Positions 17,127 to 26,223 of a DNA stretch of 32,000 nucleotides are shown piece after piece. Every line of letters begins with the position of its first letter. Within the stretch, counting starts at the first letter, position 1. Made by a program: the position numbers and the translations under genes. The notes below the pieces were generated by a model that was given only the letters and a program-made list of their open reading frames with translations, did no database searches and had not been told where the DNA came from. This DNA comes from Caulobacter vibrioides NA1000 (GTDB taxonomy: Bacteria > Pseudomonadota > Alphaproteobacteria > Caulobacterales > Caulobacteraceae), in assembly GCF_000022005.1 (NCBI RefSeq), contig NC_011916.1, one strand, 5' to 3'.

Positions 17127-18488
17127 CTAGTACGCGCAGTCGGTGAAGACCCGTTCGATGTCGCCGCCCCAGGCGCCGTTGTACAGCGACAGCAGCTTCT
17201 CGGCCGGGGTGATCCCGCTGTCGGCGATCTGCTCCAGCTCGCCCAGATAGATGGTCTCGTCCAGGAAGCCGCCGTTCAACTGGGCGCGGTTCTTCAGACC
17301 CGCCTTGGCGACGGCGACAAAATCCTTGGCCACGTCCTGGGCCGAGCGGCCGGCGACTTGCGCCTTGAGGCCCAGCTTGGGCACATCGCGACGCAGGCCC
17401 TCGCGGTCCTCCAGCGTCCAGTCCTTGCAGAGGTCCCACGCGGCGGCGAGCGCGGCGTCATCGTAGAAGACGCCCGTCCACAGCGCCGGCAGGGCGCACA
17501 GGCGGCTCCAGGGGCCGGCGTCGGCGCCGCGCATCTCCAGATAGGTCTTCAGGCGCACTTCGGGGAAGGCCGTGGTCGTGTGGTCGGCGAAGTCCTTCAT
17601 CGTGGCGATCTCGCCCGGCAGCTCGGGCAGCTTGCCCTCGATGAAGTCGCGGAACGACCGGCCGGCGACGTCGATGTACTTGTCGCCGCGCTTGACGAAA
17701 TACATCGGCACATCCAGCGCGTAGCGGGCGTAGCGCTCGAAATCGAAGCCGTCCTCGAACACGAAGTCCAAGAGGCCCGTGCGGTTGGGGTCGGTGTCGG
17801 TCCAGACATTGGCCCGGGCCGACAGGAAGCCGTTGGGCTTGCCTTCCGTGAACGGCGAATTGGCGAACAGGGCCGTGGCGATCGGCTGCAAAGCCAGGCT
17901 CATGCGGAACTTGGCGACCATGTCGGCTTCGCTGGAGAAGTCGAGATTGGCCTGCACCGTGCAGGTGCGCAGCATCATGTCCAGGCCCAGATTGCCGACC
18001 TTGGGCATGTAGTTGCGCATGATCACGTAGCGCCCCTTGGGCATGATCGGCACCTGCCCGCGCGTCCACTTGGGCGAGAAGCCCAGACCCGTAAAGCCCA
18101 GGCCCAGCTCGTCGGCGACGGTCTTGACCTCGTCCAGGTGCTGGCCGGTCTCCTCGCAGATCTCGTGCATGGTCGAGAGCGGCGCGCCCGAAAGCTCGAA
18201 CTGACCGCCCGGCTCCAGGCTGACATTGGCCCCGTTGCGCTCGAGGCCGATGATGGTCGGTCCTTCCATGACCGGGGTCCAGCCAAAGCGCTGCAGTCCG
18301 GTCAGCAGGGCGTGGACGCCCTTGTCGCCCTCGTAGGGCACGGGCTCATGCGAGCCCAGATAGAAGCCGAATTTCTCGTGCTCGGCCCCCACACGGAAGG
18401 CTTCCTTGGGCTTGGAGCCCTTGGCGAAATAGGCGGTGAGGTCGTCGAGCGTCAGCTGACGCTCCTGAACGCTAGCGGTGTCGGCCAT
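17127..18488 (-). CDS. gshA: glutamate--cysteine ligase, GCS2 (plant/alphaproteobacterial) type
   Basis: 453 aa. The length and sequence are typical of the plant-like gamma-glutamylcysteine synthetase family found in alphaproteobacteria. Confidence 0.9.
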   Translation of the reverse strand: MADTASVQERQLTLDDLTAYFAKGSKPKEAFRVGAEHEKFGFYLGSHEPVPYEGDKGVHALLTGLQRFGWTPVMEGPTIIGLERNGANVSLEPGGQFELSGAPLSTMHEICEETGQHLDEVKTVADELGLGFTGLGFSPKWTRGQVPIMPKGRYVIMRNYMPKVGNLGLDMMLRTCTVQANLDFSSEADMVAKFRMSLALQPIATALFANSPFTEGKPNGFLSARANVWTDTDPNRTGLLDFVFEDGFDFERYARYALDVPMYFVKRGDKYIDVAGRSFRDFIEGKLPELPGEIATMKDFADHTTTAFPEVRLKTYLEMRGADAGPWSRLCALPALWTGVFYDDAALAAAWDLCKDWTLEDREGLRRDVPKLGLKAQVAGRSAQDVAKDFVAVAKAGLKNRAQLNGGFLDETIYLGELEQIADSGITPAEKLLSLYNGAWGGDIERVFTDCAY

Positions 18489-18570
18489 GCAAGCCGTCCC
18501 TCCCCAGGGTGTTGCGGTGCTGCGGAAAGAGAGGGCCCATGCTCTCCGCCGACGGCGATCCTAATCGGTC

Positions 18571-18596
18571 ACGCCCAGTTGGGCGTTTTCTTTGCG
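18571..18596 (+). terminator. terminator-like hairpin oriented on the plus strand between two minus-strand genes
   Basis: acgccc-agtt-gggcgt is followed by tttctttgcg on plus. The minus-strand reading has an A-tract before the stem and no U-tract after it. Confidence 0.3.
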
Positions 18597-18630
18597 AACC
18601 TCAAGGGGCCACCTTGAGCTTATCTGCGGA

Positions 18631-19347
18631 CTACCGCCAATCCCCGGCAGCAGCCTGCCACAGGGTCATGGCTGAAATGGCCGCCGTGTCGGCGCGCAGG
18701 ATGCGCGGGCCCAGCGACACCGGCGTGACGAAAGCAAGCCCGCGCAGGCGCTCGCGTTCCTCCGGGGCGAAGCCGCCCTCGGGACCGATCAGGATCGCGG
18801 CGGGCCCGGTTGTCCCCGACAGCGCCTCGATCATGGGCCTGGCGTCGCCGCCCTCGTCGCAGAACACCAGGCGCCGGGCCGGGTCCCAGGCGTCGAGGAT
18901 CTTGTCCAGCTTCTCGGGGTCGGCGACCTCGGGCACGTCGAGACGCCCTGTCTGCTCGGCGGCCTCCATGGCGATGGCGTCGAGACGCCCCAGCTTGACG
19001 AAATCGACATTGGTCCGCCGCGTGATGGTCAGGCGCACCCGACGCGCGCCCAGCTCGGCGGCCTTCTCGACGATGGTCTCGACGCGGCCGCGCTTGACCA
19101 TGGCGACGATGAGGTCGAGGTCGGGGCCCAGCGTCATCGGCCGCGTCTGCTCTTCGGCCTTCAGCAGGCAGCCGCGCTTGGTGGCCTCGACGAGGGTCGC
19201 CCGCCACTCGCCGTCGCGGCCGTTGAACAGCAAAAGCTCGGCGCCGACCGACAGACGCATCACCGAGGTCAGGTAGCGCGACTGATCGACGGTAGGGACG
19301 ACGCCGGCCCCGGCGGAAAGGTCGTTGGGAACGAACAGACGGATCAT
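18631..19347 (-). CDS. rsmE: 16S rRNA (uracil1498-N3)-methyltransferase
   Basis: 238 aa with the RsmE pattern: an N-terminal PUA-like part (MIRLFVP...HYL-like SRYLTSVMRL) and a C-terminal SPOUT knot (ILIGPEGGFAPEE). Confidence 0.9.
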   Translation of the reverse strand: MIRLFVPNDLSAGAGVVPTVDQSRYLTSVMRLSVGAELLLFNGRDGEWRATLVEATKRGCLLKAEEQTRPMTLGPDLDLIVAMVKRGRVETIVEKAAELGARRVRLTITRRTNVDFVKLGRLDAIAMEAAEQTGRLDVPEVADPEKLDKILDAWDPARRLVFCDEGGDARPMIEALSGTTGPAAILIGPEGGFAPEERERLRGLAFVTPVSLGPRILRADTAAISAMTLWQAAAGDWR

Positions 19348-19393
19348 TTTGCCCTTCTAGCCTAACCAACACGCTCGGGGGTAGGCTCGCCGG

Positions 19394-20155
19394 ATGAGCA
19401 AGTCCGACGACGACGAGGCCGAACTCGTCCAGCTGCAACTGGCGCTGATCGCCCTGCAGAAAAAGGCCATCAAGGACGGCGACAAGATCCTGGTGGTCTT
19501 CGAGGGCCGCGACGCCGCCGGCAAGGACGGCGTCATCGCACGGATCACCGAGCACCTGTCGCGGCGCGCCACCACGGTCGTGGCCCTGCCCAAGCCCACC
19601 GACCGCGAGCGCAGCGAGTGGTACTTCCAGCGCTATGTCGAATGGCTGCCGGCCTGCGGCGAGGCGGTGCTGTTCAACCGCTCCTGGTACAATCGGGCCG
19701 GCGTCGAGCGGGTGATGGATTTCTCGACGCCGCAGCAGCAGGAGCAGTTCCTGCGCGACGTCCCGGCCTTCGAGCGGATGCTGGTCGAGAACGGCATGCG
19801 CTATGTAAAGTTCTGGCTGGACATCAGCCGCGAGGAGCAGGCCAAGCGCCTCAAATCCCGCCGCGAAGACCCGCTGAAGGCCTTCAAGACCAGTCCGCTG
19901 GACGCCGTCGCCCAGGAGAAGTGGGACGACTACACCAAGGCCCGCGACGAGATGCTGATGCGCACCCACAGCGACATCGCGCCCTGGATCTGCGTCCGCG
20001 CCGACCACAAGAAGGCCGCCCGGCTGAACGTGATCCGCTGGCTGCTGCACGCGGCCGGCGACAAGAAGATCCTCAAGGGCGTGGAGAGGCCCGATCCTGC
20101 GGTGATCTTCCCGTTCGAGCCGGCGGCGCTGGAAGATGGGCGGTTGGCGCGGTAG
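19394..20155 (+). CDS. ppk2: polyphosphate kinase 2 family protein
   Basis: 253 aa, single PPK2 domain with a Walker A-like FEGRDAAGKDG and the NRSWYNR motif. Confidence 0.92.
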   Translation: MSKSDDDEAELVQLQLALIALQKKAIKDGDKILVVFEGRDAAGKDGVIARITEHLSRRATTVVALPKPTDRERSEWYFQRYVEWLPACGEAVLFNRSWYNRAGVERVMDFSTPQQQEQFLRDVPAFERMLVENGMRYVKFWLDISREEQAKRLKSRREDPLKAFKTSPLDAVAQEKWDDYTKARDEMLMRTHSDIAPWICVRADHKKAARLNVIRWLLHAAGDKKILKGVERPDPAVIFPFEPAALEDGRLAR

Positions 20156-20161
20156 GGCCGC

Positions 20162-20244
20162 CCTCGCCCTTCGACAAGCTCAGGGTGAGGACGACTGCTG
20201 AGGCCACCGTAGAAACCTCACCCTGAGCCTGTCGAAGGGCGAGG
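20162..20244. repeat. palindromic REP/MITE-like element, family A copy 3 (best copy)
   Basis: 29-nt arms at 20162-20190 and 20216-20244 pair at 28 of 29 positions. The single A-C on plus becomes a G-U on minus. The element fills the gap between the convergent ppk2 and DUF1801 stops. Confidence 0.9.
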
Positions 20245-20251
20245 TTTCTCG

Positions 20252-20632
20252 TCACAGCTTCCGCTTCGCCCGCTCCGCCGCGATCTCCACGTTCCGCGCC
20301 ACGCGATGGCGGACGATGTCCTCCACCAGGTCCGGCGGCAGGGGCGCGGCGGGCTGGAACCGGATCGTGCCCTTGGCGGTGTCGAAGCCGGCCAGCCGCT
20401 CGGCGAACACGTCCATCACCGCGCCCGGATAGAACGCGCAATGCTTCGCCGCCGCGCCGAAGTGGACGAGATTGCCGTTCAGCTTGAAGGTCGGCAGGCC
20501 ATAGCTGATCGCCTCGACCGCCTCGGGGGCGGCCGCGCGGATCTGACCGCGAAGAACCTCCAGCGCCGCGCGCTGATCGGCGGGCAGTCTGGCCAGATAG
20601 TCGTCCACGGATGCGGCGGGGGGCTTCATCAT
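20252..20632 (-). CDS. DUF1801 (YdhG-like) domain protein
   Basis: 126 aa. VDDYLARLPADQRAALEVLRGQIRAAAPEAVEAISYGLPTFKLNG is the typical DUF1801 N-terminal pattern. Confidence 0.8.
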   Translation of the reverse strand: MMKPPAASVDDYLARLPADQRAALEVLRGQIRAAAPEAVEAISYGLPTFKLNGNLVHFGAAAKHCAFYPGAVMDVFAERLAGFDTAKGTIRFQPAAPLPPDLVEDIVRHRVARNVEIAAERAKRKL

Positions 20633-20696
20633 CGGATGGTCCTCGATCGATCACACCAAGGACGTTGCAAAAGCGCCCCCGCCGACACCGCCTCGC

Positions 20697-22211
20697 CTAC
20701 TTCGCCCCATACAGGGCCATGACGTCCTTGCGGAACGCAGCCCCGCTGTCGGGGCGGCTGTAGAACATGTGGCCGCCCGCATAGTTGGACAGGGTCACGC
20801 GGCCTTGGGCCGTCGCGGGCATGGCGTCGACGATCAGGCGCGAGGCGAAGAACGGGCACGACAGGTCGTTATAGCCGTGGACGATCAGCACCTTCAGCTT
20901 GGGATCGACCGAGACGATCTTGCGCAGGTCGGTGACCGACTCGGTGTCCGCCCCGCGACCGCGGTCCCATTGGCCGTTGACCTTGTACGACAGCGCCTCA
21001 TAGCGGGCCTCAGGCTTCCAGCCGACCACGCGGGTGGTGAAATCGACGATCGCGCTGGTGGTCGGGGCGATGATCGCGTCGAGGATCGGGTCATTGACCT
21101 CCTGCTCCGGCGCGAACGGGAAGGGGTCGAGCGAGGTGACGTTGCTGTCGTAGCGGCTGCCCAGGCGCCCCTTGTCGCGGAACGCCTCGCGCAGGAACGA
21201 CTGGGTTTCCAGGCGACCACCGGCGCGGCGGACATAGGTCGGATCAAGCCCCGTCATCGCCGAGACCTTGGCTGTCAGGCGATCCAGGGCGGCGGGGTCC
21301 GCGCCCTTCATCAGGTCGACCATGTATTCGCCGCGCGTATAGTCCTCGACGGCCTTGATCGCCTCGGGCGTCAGCTTACCCTCGCGCTCCAGCTTGGCCG
21401 CCGCGATCGACGGCAGGGTCCACATGGCCGGCAGAGGCGAGATCTCCTGCGAGACACGGCCGGCGCTGGTCAGCAGCGGCGAGACCAGCACCACGCCCTT
21501 CACCGCCACCCCTAGATCGGTCTGCAGGGTGTAGGCCAGGCGCGGCCCCCGGAAGCCGCCGTAGCTTTCGCCGACCAGATACTTCGGCGCGGCCAGACGG
21601 TCGGACTTGACCAGGTAGTCGAAGACGATCCGCGACAGGTAGTCGATGTCCTGCTTGACGCCGAAGAAGCGCTTCTTGGCTTCGTCCTCAGGGATCAGCG
21701 AACGCGAGAAGCCGGTGCCGACCGGGTCGATGAACACCAGATCGGTGAAGTCCAGCCACGAGGCCGGATTGTCGTCCAGCTTGCTGAAGTCCGACGGGCT
21801 GTCGCCCTCGGCGCCGAACTGCACGCGCTTGGGGCCCAGGGCGAAGTTCAGATAGACGCTGGCCGCGCCCGGACCGCCGTTGAAGGCGAAGGTGATCGGA
21901 CGCTTGGGATCGCGCGGTCCGTCCAGGGTGTAGGCGGTGTAGACCACCTCGGCGATCTTCTTGCCCTTCTCGTCGCGCACCGGCATGGCGCCGACCGTGG
22001 CGGTGTAGGTCAGGGTCTTGCCCGCCAGGACCGTGGTCTGCTTGACCGACTTCTCGCCGGGGAACGCCGGCAGGTCCGATCCCGACTTCTCGGCGGCGGG
22101 CTTGTCGCCGCCCTTGTCCTGGGCGAAGGCGGACGGGGCGAACAAGCCCGGACCCGACAGGGCCGCCACGGCGACCAGAGCCAGCAGGCCCGCTCGGAAA
22201 GACTGTTTCAT
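20697..22211 (-). CDS. S10 family serine carboxypeptidase, secreted
   Basis: 504 aa with a signal peptide (LLALVAVAALSGPGLFAPSAFA), FNGGPGAAS, and the catalytic serine motif GESYGG. GGAGGGG lies upstream of the ATG. Confidence 0.85.
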   Translation of the reverse strand: MKQSFRAGLLALVAVAALSGPGLFAPSAFAQDKGGDKPAAEKSGSDLPAFPGEKSVKQTTVLAGKTLTYTATVGAMPVRDEKGKKIAEVVYTAYTLDGPRDPKRPITFAFNGGPGAASVYLNFALGPKRVQFGAEGDSPSDFSKLDDNPASWLDFTDLVFIDPVGTGFSRSLIPEDEAKKRFFGVKQDIDYLSRIVFDYLVKSDRLAAPKYLVGESYGGFRGPRLAYTLQTDLGVAVKGVVLVSPLLTSAGRVSQEISPLPAMWTLPSIAAAKLEREGKLTPEAIKAVEDYTRGEYMVDLMKGADPAALDRLTAKVSAMTGLDPTYVRRAGGRLETQSFLREAFRDKGRLGSRYDSNVTSLDPFPFAPEQEVNDPILDAIIAPTTSAIVDFTTRVVGWKPEARYEALSYKVNGQWDRGRGADTESVTDLRKIVSVDPKLKVLIVHGYNDLSCPFFASRLIVDAMPATAQGRVTLSNYAGGHMFYSRPDSGAAFRKDVMALYGAK

Positions 22212-22311
22212 CGATACCCCTCCACTGAGGGCGAAATTGCTAGGCCAAGGCGCGTGGCTTCACAACCTCACCGCAACATGATGGTGTGGCCGCGAACGGG
22301 AGGACTTCGCC

Positions 22312-24060
22312 ATGGACGCCACGCGGTCGCGCGACGCCGCCATTCTTCGCCTGGCCATCGGCCTGGCCCAGGGGATTGCGCTGTTCCTGCTGCAGAAGGC
22401 CGACGAGTCGAAGACCTGGCCCGCGACACAGCCGATGTTGTACGCGCCGCTGCTGGTCTGCGTGCTGATGGTCCCGCTGCTGCCGCTGGCGGCGCTGTCG
22501 GCGATGCGGCGCGCCAACCTCGTGGTCTGGACCGCGGTCGCCACCGCCGTCACGGCGATCCTGGCCGTCCATGCCGCCTGGGTCGGCGCCGCCCCCGACC
22601 GTATCGGGGCCAGCCCGCTGTCGCCGCCGCTGTTCCTGGCGACCGCCGCCATGCTGTTCATCGCTCACCATCTGGTCCAGCCCGCCGACGCGGCCGGCAA
22701 GCCCGTCGCGCCCTACCCCGCCTATTTCGACCTGACCTGGACCAACGGCGTGCGGCTGGCGCTGTCCCTGGCCTTCACCGGCGCCTTCTGGCTGCTGCTG
22801 TTCCTGGCCGCCGCCCTGTTCAAGCTGATCGGGATCGAGGCCATCGGCAAGCTGATCGGCGAGACCGCCTTCGCCTTCCCGGCCACCGGCCTGATGTTCG
22901 CCGCCGCCGTCCATATGGCCGTGCAGCTGACCGAGGCCCGCGCGGGCCTGGTGCGCGGCGCCCTGACCGTGGGTCTGACCCTGCTGGGCTGGCTCTTGCC
23001 GCTGATGGTGCTGATCGGCGGCGGGTTCCTGGCCACCCTGCCCTTCACGGGCCTGGCGCCGCTGTGGGGCACCAAGGCCGCCACCGCCCTGTTGCTGTCA
23101 GCGGCCGCCGCCCTGATCCTGCTGATCAACGCCGCCTATCAGGACGGCGAAGAGCCGCCGCATCTGATCCCTTGTCTCGCGGCGCGGATCGCCGGCCTGC
23201 TGCTGATCCCGATCGTGATCCTGGCCGGCTACGCCCTGTGGCTGCGGATCGACCAGTACGGCCTGACGCCCGAGCGGGTGGTCGCCGGCGTCTACCTGGT
23301 GGTCGCGATCGGCTTCACGGCGGGCTACGCCCTGGCGGCCGTGAAGCCCGGCCCCTGGATGAAGCCGCTGGAGCGGACCAACCCGATCATGGCTGCAGCC
23401 TGCGTGCTGCTGCTGATCGCCCTGTTCACCCCGATCGCCAACCCGGCGCGGCTTTCGGTGGCGAGCCAGGTCAAGCGGCTGGAGAGCGGCGAGGTGGCGG
23501 CGGACAAGTTCGACTTCCAGTTCCTGCGCTTCGACGCCGGCCGCTACGGCCGCGAAGCGCTGGATCGCTTGAAGACCCACCCCAACGCCGAGATCGCCAA
23601 GCGCGCCCGCGACGCCGCCGCCAGCACCGAGAAGCAATACCCGGCGGGCGAGATACGGCCCGACTTCAAGGCCATGGCCGTCTATCCGGCCGGCAAGGCG
23701 CTGCCCCAGAGCTTTGTTGCGCAGGACTGGTCACAGCCTTCAGGCTCGAACTGCACGGCCATAGCCATGCAGTGCCCAGCCCTGGTCGCTGACGTCGACG
23801 CCGACGGCAAGGACGAGGTGCTGCTCGCCGAGGGCGACCGCCTGAAGGTCTTCTCCGAGGGCGCGGATCGCGTCTGGACCCTGACCGCGGTCGCCGCGGC
23901 GGGCTGCGAGAGCTACGACCTGGAGGCCTGGATGAAAACCGGCGCGCCCAGCCTGAGCGAACCGGTCGCCCGCCGCGATCTGATCCTGGGCGGCCGGCGC
24001 CTGGCGCTACAGCCGGCCAGCAAGGATTGTCAGGTCAGCGTTACACCACCCCCGCGCTGA
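22312..24060 (+). CDS. large polytopic membrane protein (DUF4153-like) with a ~200-aa C-terminal soluble region
   Basis: 582 aa with GGGAGGA 7 nt upstream of the ATG. About 10 or more hydrophobic helices are followed by a soluble tail containing DVDADGKDEVLL (FG-GAP/calcium-loop-like). The DUF4153 assignment is from memory of similar proteins. Confidence 0.7.
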   Translation: MDATRSRDAAILRLAIGLAQGIALFLLQKADESKTWPATQPMLYAPLLVCVLMVPLLPLAALSAMRRANLVVWTAVATAVTAILAVHAAWVGAAPDRIGASPLSPPLFLATAAMLFIAHHLVQPADAAGKPVAPYPAYFDLTWTNGVRLALSLAFTGAFWLLLFLAAALFKLIGIEAIGKLIGETAFAFPATGLMFAAAVHMAVQLTEARAGLVRGALTVGLTLLGWLLPLMVLIGGGFLATLPFTGLAPLWGTKAATALLLSAAAALILLINAAYQDGEEPPHLIPCLAARIAGLLLIPIVILAGYALWLRIDQYGLTPERVVAGVYLVVAIGFTAGYALAAVKPGPWMKPLERTNPIMAAACVLLLIALFTPIANPARLSVASQVKRLESGEVAADKFDFQFLRFDAGRYGREALDRLKTHPNAEIAKRARDAAASTEKQYPAGEIRPDFKAMAVYPAGKALPQSFVAQDWSQPSGSNCTAIAMQCPALVADVDADGKDEVLLAEGDRLKVFSEGADRVWTLTAVAAAGCESYDLEAWMKTGAPSLSEPVARRDLILGGRRLALQPASKDCQVSVTPPPR

Positions 24061-25834
24061 TCGCGTTGAGGCGCGCATAGACCCCGCCTTTGGCGGTCAG
24101 CTCGGCGTGCCGGCCTTCCTCGACCACGCGACCGCCCTGGAACACCAGGATCCGGTCGGCGCCGCGCACCGTCGACAGGCGGTGGGCGATGACGATCGTC
24201 GTGCGGCCCTCCATCAGCGCCTCGGCGGCCTCTTGGACGTGGCCTTCGGTCTCGACGTCCAGCGACGAGGTCGCCTCGTCGAGAACCAGGATCGGCGCGT
24301 CGGCCAGGAAGGCGCGGGCGATGGCCACCCGCTGGCGCTCGCCGCCCGACAGCTTGACGCCCCGCTCGCCGACCAGGGTGTCGTAGCCCTTGGGCAGGCG
24401 CAGGATGAACTCGTGGGCGCGGGCCTTGATGGCCGCGTCCTCGACCTCTTCGCGGGTGGCGTCCGGCTTGCCGTAGGCGATGTTCTCAAACAGCGTGCGG
24501 TGGAACAGGGCCGGGTCCTGCGGCACCACCGCGATGGCGCGGCGCAAAGACGCCTGCTTCACCGTCGAGACGTCCTGGCCGTCGATGACCACCGCCCCGT
24601 CCTGCAGGTCATGCAGGCGCTGGATCAGCTTGACGAAGGTCGACTTGCCCGAGCCCGTCGGCCCGACCAGCGCCACCCGCTCGCCGGGGGCGATCTTCAG
24701 GCTGAACCGATCGTACAGCGGCGCGCCGGCCGCCTTGTAGCGGAAGGTCACGTCCTGGAATTCGATCGCGCCGGAACCGGGCTGGAACTCCGGAGCGTTC
24801 GGGTCATCGGCGATCTGCGGCGCCAGGCGGGTCCAGGCGGCGACGTCCTCGGTGTCGTCCAGACCCTTCTGCAGCATGCGGATGTTTTCGCCCAGATTCC
24901 GCAGGTAGCCGCTCATCAGCATGAAGGCGGTGATCGCGAAGGCCACATCGCCGGGCGTGGCCGTGCCCTGCGTCCAGCCCCAGACCATGGCCCCGGTCAG
25001 GCCCGCCTGCAGCACCACGAGCAGCAGGTTCTGGCCCAGCCACACGTCGGTGAAACGGTTCCAGGTGACCATCACCGCCTCGCGCCATTGCGCCGTCACC
25101 TTGGCCAGGCGCTCGGCCTCGCGCGTCTCGGCGCCGAAGCTCTTGACGGTGGGGTTGGAGGTCACCGCGTCGGCCAGGGCCCCGCCGATCTTGGAGTCCA
25201 GCGCGTTGGACTTGAGGTTCGACGGCCGCACATAGCGCTCGGTGATGACGAGGTTCACCGTCAGATAGGCCGCCACCACGACCAGCGAGATGATCCCCGC
25301 CAACGGCTGGCGCACCAGCATGGCGATGGAGAGACCGATCAGCACGATCACGCCCGGCCCCAGCCAGATGGTCACCGCGTCGGTGACGCTGTCATAGCCC
25401 CACATGGCGCGGGTCAGTTTGCGCACTGTCGCGCCGGCGAAGCTGTCGGCGTGCCAGTCCGACGAGAAGGCCTGCACCTTGGCGAAGCTCTCGTTGGTCA
25501 TCTCCTCCATGTTCCGGGCCGCCAGGGGGATCCAGAACCGGTGGGCGATGTTGCGCACCACCGCGAAGGCGAAATAGACGCCGACAAAGATCGCCAGCGC
25601 CGACCAGGCCTGAGCGTCGCCGCGCGGCTGGGTGGCGACGGTGTCGACCAGGTGTCCTGCGGCGTAGGGCAGCGCCAGATCGAAGGCGACGGCCACCAGG
25701 GTCAGACCCACGCCCAGGCCGAACAGCACCGGGCGCCGCTTCCAGAACCGGGCGACAAAGCCCAGCACCTGGCGGTTGGACAGCGCGCGCTTCCTGGCGC
25801 CGGTCTCGTCTTCGTCCTCGATCATGTCGGTCAT
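24041..25834 (-). CDS. ABC transporter, fused permease/ATPase (type I exporter, MsbA/Atm1-like architecture)
   Basis: The track ORF 24041-26956 is over-extended. The homologous protein starts at MTDMIEDEDE (ATG at 25834) and is 597 aa. Walker A GPTGSGKST, the signature LSGGERQR and Walker B ILVLDEATS are present. Confidence 0.9.
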   Translation of the reverse strand: MTDMIEDEDETGARKRALSNRQVLGFVARFWKRRPVLFGLGVGLTLVAVAFDLALPYAAGHLVDTVATQPRGDAQAWSALAIFVGVYFAFAVVRNIAHRFWIPLAARNMEEMTNESFAKVQAFSSDWHADSFAGATVRKLTRAMWGYDSVTDAVTIWLGPGVIVLIGLSIAMLVRQPLAGIISLVVVAAYLTVNLVITERYVRPSNLKSNALDSKIGGALADAVTSNPTVKSFGAETREAERLAKVTAQWREAVMVTWNRFTDVWLGQNLLLVVLQAGLTGAMVWGWTQGTATPGDVAFAITAFMLMSGYLRNLGENIRMLQKGLDDTEDVAAWTRLAPQIADDPNAPEFQPGSGAIEFQDVTFRYKAAGAPLYDRFSLKIAPGERVALVGPTGSGKSTFVKLIQRLHDLQDGAVVIDGQDVSTVKQASLRRAIAVVPQDPALFHRTLFENIAYGKPDATREEVEDAAIKARAHEFILRLPKGYDTLVGERGVKLSGGERQRVAIARAFLADAPILVLDEATSSLDVETEGHVQEAAEALMEGRTTIVIAHRLSTVRGADRILVFQGGRVVEEGRHAELTAKGGVYARLNAISAGVV

Positions 25835-25866
25835 GGCGCGGGAGATAGGACTTTCCCGCCCGCGCG

Positions 25867-26154
25867 TCAGCCCCGCCCGCGCTTTCGCCCGCCGCCAAAC
25901 GGTCGCCAGCGCAGGAACCAGCGGATCGCGGGGCCCACCACCGGCACCCGCAGCATCGGGCGCACGGCGTGGGGACGGGTCTTCAGGAAGCACAGCACCG
26001 CGCCGATCCAGAACACCGTGGTCGGCATGCCCGGCACCACCGCCCCGACCGCGCCGGTGGCCAGCAGCACCCCGCCCATCCCGTCCAGCACCCAGCGCTC
26101 GACGCGGGTGAGGCGGCGGCGGCGCGAACGGCGGTCCTGGACGGCGAAAGCCAT
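25867..26154 (-). CDS. short DUF454/YbaN-like membrane protein (copy b)
   Basis: The ATG at 26154 is preceded by GAGGA. The motif LLATGAVGAVVPGMPTTVFWIGAVLCF matches the YbaN N-terminal LPxxPTTPF pattern. At 95 aa it lacks the C-terminal half of full-length YbaN. Confidence 0.65.
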   Translation of the reverse strand: MAFAVQDRRSRRRRLTRVERWVLDGMGGVLLATGAVGAVVPGMPTTVFWIGAVLCFLKTRPHAVRPMLRVPVVGPAIRWFLRWRPFGGGRKRGRG

Positions 26155-26223
26155 GCGCCGATCCTCGCGCCCCGAAACCCCGCTGTCGAGAAAATTGAGA
26201 GCGGCTCGCAAGACCTGGAGCCC

